Made by a program: the position numbers and the translations under genes
The notes under the pieces: generated by a model
Told to the model about the DNA's origin: nothing
Databases searched by the model: none
Seen by the model: the letters and a program-made list of their open reading frames with translations, nothing else
Shown: piece by piece, positions 1 through 64,000 of the stretch
Layout of the letters: every line of letters begins with the position of its first letter
How positions within the stretch are numbered: the first letter of the stretch is position 1
From: Lama guanicoe
Taxonomy: Eukaryota
Assembly (NCBI GenBank): GCA_013239625.1
Contig: MU053557.1
Coordinates: forward strand, 4,742,123 to 4,806,122
DNA: 64,000 nt
Direction of reading: 5' to 3'

Positions 1-1014
1 TTTGACTGGAGCTGTGGAATGGACACTCTGGTGGCCATGATGGAAGCAGACCTGGAGGCAAGGGGACAAGTTAGAAAGCTAAAGTATGTTTCTCTCACTG
101 GGACAAAGGACGTTTAGCCTCCAAATTTTTCTTTCCCAGGGCTTCCCAGTTCCACCTGATAAGCTAAGAATGAGACTGGGGAATATCATTTGTTTTCACA
201 AGACTGGGAGCATACAGGAGCTGAAAGCTTTTTTCCTGGAATTGTTCACTGAGACCAAACTTGATATCTTTTTTACAGAGCTGAAGCTCTCCACACAAAC
301 CTTCAGACAAGCACCAGGCAAACCTGGAAAACCTAGTACAACAATAAGGAAAGGGAAGATATGAGGCAGATCTTTAAAATCCTTTCTAAAGAGTTGCATT
401 TGTACAGCGAAGTGGAAAGGGGAAGAGAAGACCAGGCATCGGCATCCACAACCTTCAACCCCATTCTCGGTCCAGCGCTTCCCTCCCGGCCCCTACAATC
501 TAGCCAAACCAAACTGCTGTGCAGACACATCCTGCAGTTTTCTATCTCTGTGTCTTTGCTCTCACTGTTTTCTCTGCCTGTAATGTTATCTCCTCATTGC
601 AGGCTCACCCAAATGTCTGTCATCCATTACTGTCTCCATGATCAGTGAGTTCTTGCTTTGTCTTAATGAACTCCAAGAGCACTTTATCTCTCCTCTGATA
701 CTTTTCACGTAATAATTTTTAATTAAATTATTTTGTACATATTTATCTCCTCTACTAGACTGTTGATTTCCTGAGTACGGAGATCATGCCTATTTAGCAT
801 TACTTCTTCCAAGAGGAATTGGCACAGAATGTAACAAATATTCCTAAGTGAACTGATGAAAAGTGGGCGTAGTTTTTATGGTTAATATAGACCCAATTAA
901 AGGAAAATCACAGAAAAAATAGATATAGTTATTCCTAGTCCCAAACCCACAAATAGCCACCTCATCTATCATTCAGTTACCCAACAGCAACCAAGCTGTA
1001 GTCAATTTAGTCAA

Positions 1015-1033
1015 CAGTGCCACCTAGTGGACA
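1015..1033 (-). promoter_or_regulatory. CTCF-binding motif
   Basis: Minus strand reads TGTCCACTAGGTGGCACTG, a close match to the CTCF core CCAC(C/T)AG(A/G)(G/T)GGC(A/G). Confidence 0.7.
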
Positions 1034-2270
1034 TTATGGGTAATTATTAAACCTGAACCACTACACCTTTGCAGCAGCTTTTTTGTTAATCCTTAGAGCT
1101 GTGCAGACTGTTCTCCCATTTTTACATCTTTCCTAGACCACAGCTCAGTTAATTCCACTCCATAAATTATTCTGTAGATACATATAAATTCCCTTTAGTT
1201 CTTTTTTCTTTTCCAATTCTCTGATAAACCTCAAAGTCTTTGAAAGTTTCTGAAGCATCTAAAAATCTACCAAAGCCTCCAACTGTTCTTGTAATAGTTA
1301 CGTTTTATGTATTTTTAAAATTTATTTCAAATGAAATAGTTATGTTTTTTAAAGTATTAATGAGCTAGCCTGGGAATTTGACTACAATTTATAGCCTTGT
1401 TTCCAAGCATTTCAGAATTCAAACAGTGAACTTTTGGAAGTTAATCCACTTGTAAATTGTTGGCTGTCTGCTTTAGAATTTAAACTGACCTTTTCAAATT
1501 GGAAAAGTAGGCAAGAACAAAGAAGAACTTGGAAAATAATAATGGCTCACATTTTTATAGTTATTTACGGTTTACAAAGTGGGTTTGTACTGTCATTTCA
1601 TTTGCTCTCCCAACAGCCTTGGAGGTCAGCATGAGGTTTCCCATAGCACAGATGAGCAAGCAAACCTCATAGGCTTAAAGTTATACACTTAGTAAGTGGT
1701 AGAGTAGGAGCTCACACACAAGTTTTCAGACTCCAATCCTATGGTTTTTTCACTACATTGTATTTCTTCTGTGCTCACACACAGACATACTAAACAAACT
1801 ACTGATGCAATTTGGCAAAGCCAGGGTTAATTTCAACTTGCCCATCAAAGCAATGGAGAAAATATTCCCAGTCCAGGAAAATGCAGGACGCTCTTTCCCA
1901 GGCCCTTCCTTGTCTCTCTGTCTTTGCACAAGGTGGTCCCAATGCCAGAATGTTCTAAGTAAAGAGATGGCCTAGTCAAACCTGCAAACTGTGACCTGAC
2001 CTATCTTGGGGAGGAGGAGTGCCTAGAAGGAGAATTAAGCCTGGAGTTCACTTTATGAAGGGTCTTAAATATAGACATTTCATACTGTCTATAAATGGGT
2101 TAGCCTTACTTTCACAGAGACACACTAATAGGATGAAAGATGTTAACATTCTTCATACAACTTTAAACTTAAATCCCATTCCTGACTATACTGGCCAGAG
2201 CAATATTTTTTCTATATCCTGTAATCATTTGGGGACAAGCACACTTACATTGCACTGAATTTATATGCTA

Positions 2271-2298
2271 AAAACAAACAAACAAACAAACAAACAAA
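2271..2298 (+). repeat. (AAAC)n microsatellite
   Basis: Directly visible. Confidence 0.9.
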
Positions 2299-3051
2299 AG
2301 CCCTGTTCATTCTTTTCACAGTTTTATCACTCTGTGTCAGCACTCTTCACATTGTAGTACACAGGGAACCTCAAAAGTCGGAAGTGTCCCAAACCACTGC
2401 TCATCTTTGAGCAATCCTCTCTTTCTCTCCTTTTCCTAGGTGGTTTTATTTTTTTAAAGATCTTTATTATTATTATTTCACTCCTCATTGACACCACTAT
2501 TGACACTGCACCAGCATAGGGTTTGTTTCACTGTCTGGCACTAGAAGGTGCTCAGGAAAGACCTGTTGAATGGAGAAGATAAACCCAAAGCCAGGAAATG
2601 GGTGGCAGCGGCAGGGAAAGAGATTTTGATTCCATTGGAGAAAAACACGTTCTAACAGTCTGGGGCTGGGAAGTGCGCTAGTAAGCCACCGGCACTAGCG
2701 GAGTGAAAGCTGAGCTGAACAACGCCTTGGTCTGTGCGGGCAAGTGTGTGAACCGGGACATTGGTCCTCCAGGCCCTCGCGGAGGGGCGCAAAGGCTTGC
2801 AGAAGGCAGGGCGTGGCGCGGGCGTGTGCGGGACACCGGTGGCGGCCCGGGGGTTGGTGGGGGGAGGCGGGCTCCGGGTCTATTCCGGGAGCAGCGTGCA
2901 AGGGCGGGCGGGGGCGCCGGGGGAGCATCCTGTCGGGGGAGGGGACGCGCGAAGGGCGCTCCCGCGGGGCTGGACTGCAGAGTGCCGCGCGCCCGCAACA
3001 GCCAGCCCGGGTGGAGCCACCGCGCCCTGCTCCGCGAGATCGGCCGGCGCC

Positions 3052-60154
<57,103 letters not shown>

Positions 60155-61256
60155 AAAGAAGATGAGGATTTCATCCAAAGGAAATACCACCTTGTCCATT
60201 CAAGACAGAAATGCTTTTTTCACAAGGAGACATCGGAAGACTGGAAATAGCCCACACCCTCTGGGGCACCCAAAAGACCAGCCTTTATCGTCTGCATGAT
60301 TATAGGGGACATGGGGAGGGAAGAAGTAGAAGAGAAGAGGGAAATGGAGTGCAGCCTTGTAACTTTATGGAAGGTGGAAAAGGGGGTGGAGGGAGACAGA
60401 AATCTGCACACTTGTAAAGGTTTTGTTAAATGTCTTTGCCTTCCTTTCTGAAGAAGAAATGAAAGCACATGTGAATAAGCCATTCCATCCCATTCTCAGC
60501 ATCCCATTCCCAGTCCTTAGGGCAAAGGAGGGCAGAGCTGAGGCATCGCTGGTGCAGTGTAAAGAGACAAGACTTGATTATCCAGTCACGCTTGTGCCAA
60601 ATGGATTCATGTTGGGCATTACTGATAACCTCTGGGCAAGATAAATAAGATAAAAAAATCAATAGAATTATCTCAACCTGCATAAAAATGAACAAAAACT
60701 ATAGAGATTATGTATATCCTACAATCATTCTTCATGATTACAGAATCCTCATGATACAGAATCCAGAATCCCAGATTTGGATGTTTTCAAGATAGAGATC
60801 TGGCAAAAAGAGGTTAATTAGGCAGAGAGGTTCAGTAGCTGACATATTTTAAGCTCACAGTGGCACTAAGTGACAGGAGTATGGATTTCTAATGTCCACA
60901 GGATGCTACAGGCATTGTAGGGTAGGGTCATTTGCTGTCAATCAGGTCCCTTACTTAATTTATATGGCACTCAGGCTCAAGAAGCTATGGTTAGAAACCC
61001 AGGTGACATCCTTTATTTAGGTCTTAAACCTTATCTTACACTTGAAGGCCCACCAGTCTGCCTTTCCATACCTGCTATCAAGAAAAACTATGACAGAGGA
61101 TGGTGACTCATTTCTGCCACAAGGGTGCTAAGCCTTTTACAAACACTTGGTATTTTTACAGGGGAACAAGGACCTCAAGTCCCAGGTAGTCTCTTTATTA
61201 CTCACTGCTTTCTCAACACTGTAGGCACTTTATAGGTCTTTATCACCTTTCCCCCC

Positions 61257-61262
61257 AATAAA
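61257..61262 (+). terminator. Candidate polyadenylation signal (AATAAA) of the AFAP1L1 3' UTR
   Basis: First canonical AATAAA I found downstream of the stop codon; the true 3' end cannot be determined from sequence alone. Confidence 0.4.
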
Positions 61263-62111
61263 GATAAAACCACTTAACTGAGTTCAGAGGTTAGCTCAGG
61301 AAGAGAGAATGGAAATCCCAGTATAACCTCTGGACACTCTGCTAGAGGCGTCACATATTTTATTTGCCTATGGCTTTACATACTTGAGCCTCACTCAAAC
61401 TTTATCACCCTCTGAGGTAGCTGGAGATCAGAGCAAGTAGCATAACCTGACCAAAAGCACCCAGCTGTCAGTGGCAGAGCATAAGGTTTAGGGCTGGTAA
61501 GCCCGGATCCACGCTGGGCTGTTTGAGCCCTGCCTCTTCTACTTAACCAGCTGTGACTTTGGGAAAGTCATTTGACTTCTCTGATTGTTTTCCTTACTTG
61601 TGAAAACTAGGTTAACAACTGTACTTTTCTCCCAAGACTACTGGGGGAATTCAATGAGACAATACATAGGAAGCATCTTGCACAATGTCTGAGAAATAGG
61701 AAATGTTCAGCCAATAGTTTATTCTTATTAGCTAGATAAGAAATGACTGACTCAAATTCTGCCCCTTGCACTGAAGAAATGACTTTTACATAGTTATTAC
61801 AACCACCAAAAGCTAAAAGGCAACCAATCCATAACTGACAGCTTTCATCCAGATTCCACCTGAGTGTTTTCAGTGACAAGGGAGCTTACATAATCTGGAT
61901 TGTCAGTGTTTTCTTAAAATGTGGATCCTGTAATGGTAACCAGCAATCTGATTGCGTCCTCAGTGTGTGTCACATTCTTTCTCATGCAACTATTTTGAGG
62001 TTAAATGTCCTTTCCCATCAATAGATTTTGGACTCTTTGAGAGCTGGGACTCTTGGAAATTGAAAATTACCATTTATTGAGCACTCAACACGCATCAAGC
62101 ACTGTGTTAGC

Positions 62112-62273
62112 CAGGGTCGGCTTCACAGGCATAACCACGTGTGCAGTCACGCAGGGTTCCGCACTTAGCAGGGCCCTATGCTTAGTTTAATGCTCTGCTG
62201 TTACCCTCAAGTAATCTTGAACAAGGGGCTCCACATTTTCCTTTTGCCCTCTAAATTATATAGGTGATCCAGG
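62112..62273. mobile_element. MER91A-like hAT-Tip100 MITE inserted in a MIR
   Basis: CAGGGTCGGCTTCA..TGTGCAGTCACGCAGGG..TTTAATGCTCTGCTGT..TGAACAAGGGGC..AAATTAT; MIR halves on both sides. Confidence 0.65.
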
Positions 62274-64000
62274 GGCTAACTCACCACTTTTGCAGGTATT
62301 ATCCCTTTAGTCTTCCCAAAACCCTGTGAGTTAGGTTCTCTTACCCCAGTTTTCACAGTTCAGGAAATGGAATCCCAAAGAGGCTAAGTAGCTTGCCAAA
62401 GCTCACAGTTAGGAAATGGTGGAGCTGGCACTTGAACACATGAAATCTGACCCTATAGCCCCCCACCTTAGTTCCAAGGTTCTATTTTATTCATGTCTCC
62501 CCTCTCCCCTTGCTCTGCAGCATTCAGAAGCACACATGCACTTAATAGATGAATGAATGGATGCATATATGCAGCACATCTGCTGTTAAGTTAGCTAAGA
62601 GAAGTGTAAGCAAAATGGCAAAAGCGTGGATGCCAGTTCTGGTTTGATTGTTTTTTCAAAGTTTGCAGGCTCATGGGTCTCAGCTGGGCTTGAAGCTCCA
62701 TCCTCCCCAGCACTGCCAAGTGTTCAGACTATCAGATTTCTAGTATCATCAGTGGGGATCCTTGAGCAGGTTCACCAACCTCTCTGAGCCTTAGTTTTCT
62801 CATATTTAAAAGAGAATCGTAATCCCTCCTTAAACCATGTTGCTCTTCTCCTAAAGCCAAAAAGAAACATAAGGTGTTGGTTACAACACATGTGAGCTGG
62901 GCCTTGGACAGAATATAAAGATGGAAAAGCCTCCAGCTCTGTCCTCATGGAACTCATAGACAAGCAGAGAGAACATCTGACCCAAATAGATATAGTACAA
63001 GTAAGCCACGTTATGGTGAAGATTCAGAATGATGAAAGCACACCTTCCATCCCTCAAAAAATTTTTTTTGATATTAGGGACTATTTAGTAAGTACTCTGG
63101 CAACTCCATGTGCCCTCAACCCCAGTTACCAGTCCATCCTCACATCCTGTCTACTTTCCCTACTACGCCTCTCTAAAATCCAGCCACTTTTTCCTATCTC
63201 CACTGACACCATCCAACTTCATTAATTCACTCCACAAACATTTTAGCACCTACTATGTACACCTTTTGTTCGAGATGTCAGAAATCATAGCTGTGAACAA
63301 GACACCCTAACCAAGTTCATACACTAGTTGGGAGAACAAACAAAAAGGAAGCAAAAAATAAAATACTAAGAGGGAAAGGAAAATGTGCTGAACAAACGTA
63401 AAATAGTATATCCTTTAAAAAGAGTGGTTACAAAGGTTTCTCTGTTGAGGTGACCCCAGGACAGAATACAGCCCTTCCTTGCATGGACTAGTCCAATAGC
63501 TTGTCTCCCTGCCCCTTTTCTTCGACCCAACAATCTCCTCCATACAGCAAAGTAATTCCTTAAACATGTAAAGGTTTTGTAACACGTTTCCATTGCAATC
63601 ACAATACGACTCAAGTTCATTTAACAAAAAAAAATTTAGCAACCACATTAGGGCACTGTTCATTTAGTGCGAAGAGACCAAAAAAAAAAAATCCCTGCCC
63701 TAATGGAGTTTACATGTGAGGGAAAATAAGAAAATACACAGCATTTTAAAACATAATCAGAAAAAAAAAGAGTGAATTGGAGGGGAAAAGCCAGGAAGAG
63801 TGATGGGAGAGAAGAGGGTTGGGCTTCGATGTTTTTAACTCCTCACGTGACCTGGCCCTGCCTAACCACCTTCTAGTGTTGCCTCTCCCCTTCCTCCAGT
63901 ATTTCAGCTCCTTAACCGCAATACTTTCCCTCCCGACTTTGCAAATACTGTTTCCCTCTACCTGAACCACTTGCGTCCTCTTTACACCTACTTTACTCAG

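Overview
Mammalian genomic DNA, very likely a camelid (alpaca/llama/camel), judged from three tRNA-derived Vic-1-type SINEs and no Alu, B1/B2 or BovB/BovA elements that I could recognise. The window holds one complete protein-coding gene on the + strand, AFAP1L1 (actin filament-associated protein 1-like 1). It has a CpG-island promoter at about 2.7-3.3 kb and 19 coding exons from ATG 3052 to TAG 60152-60154. All introns are GT-AG with consistent phases, giving a 2295-nt CDS (764 aa) with a Pro/Tyr-motif N-terminus, two PH domains and a C-terminal coiled coil. Introns are filled with MIR/L2, MLT1 LTRs, hAT/Tigger MITEs and a nested 5.4-kb sense-strand L1 cluster in intron 15. The most notable unexplained signals are: (1) a perfect 27-bp-arm palindrome just upstream of exon 2; (2) a candidate cassette or decayed exon in intron 14, at the position homologous to the neural insert of the paralog AFAP1 (AFAP-120), with nearby RBFOX/QKI motifs; (3) a consensus REST/RE1 site next to a perfect orphan splice donor in intron 15; (4) an internal duplication in exon 15 that creates an in-frame alternative donor; (5) a MER20 carrying two adjacent patches identical to sequences upstream of exons 17 and 18. 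Repeat family names come from recalled consensus sequences, not from a database search.
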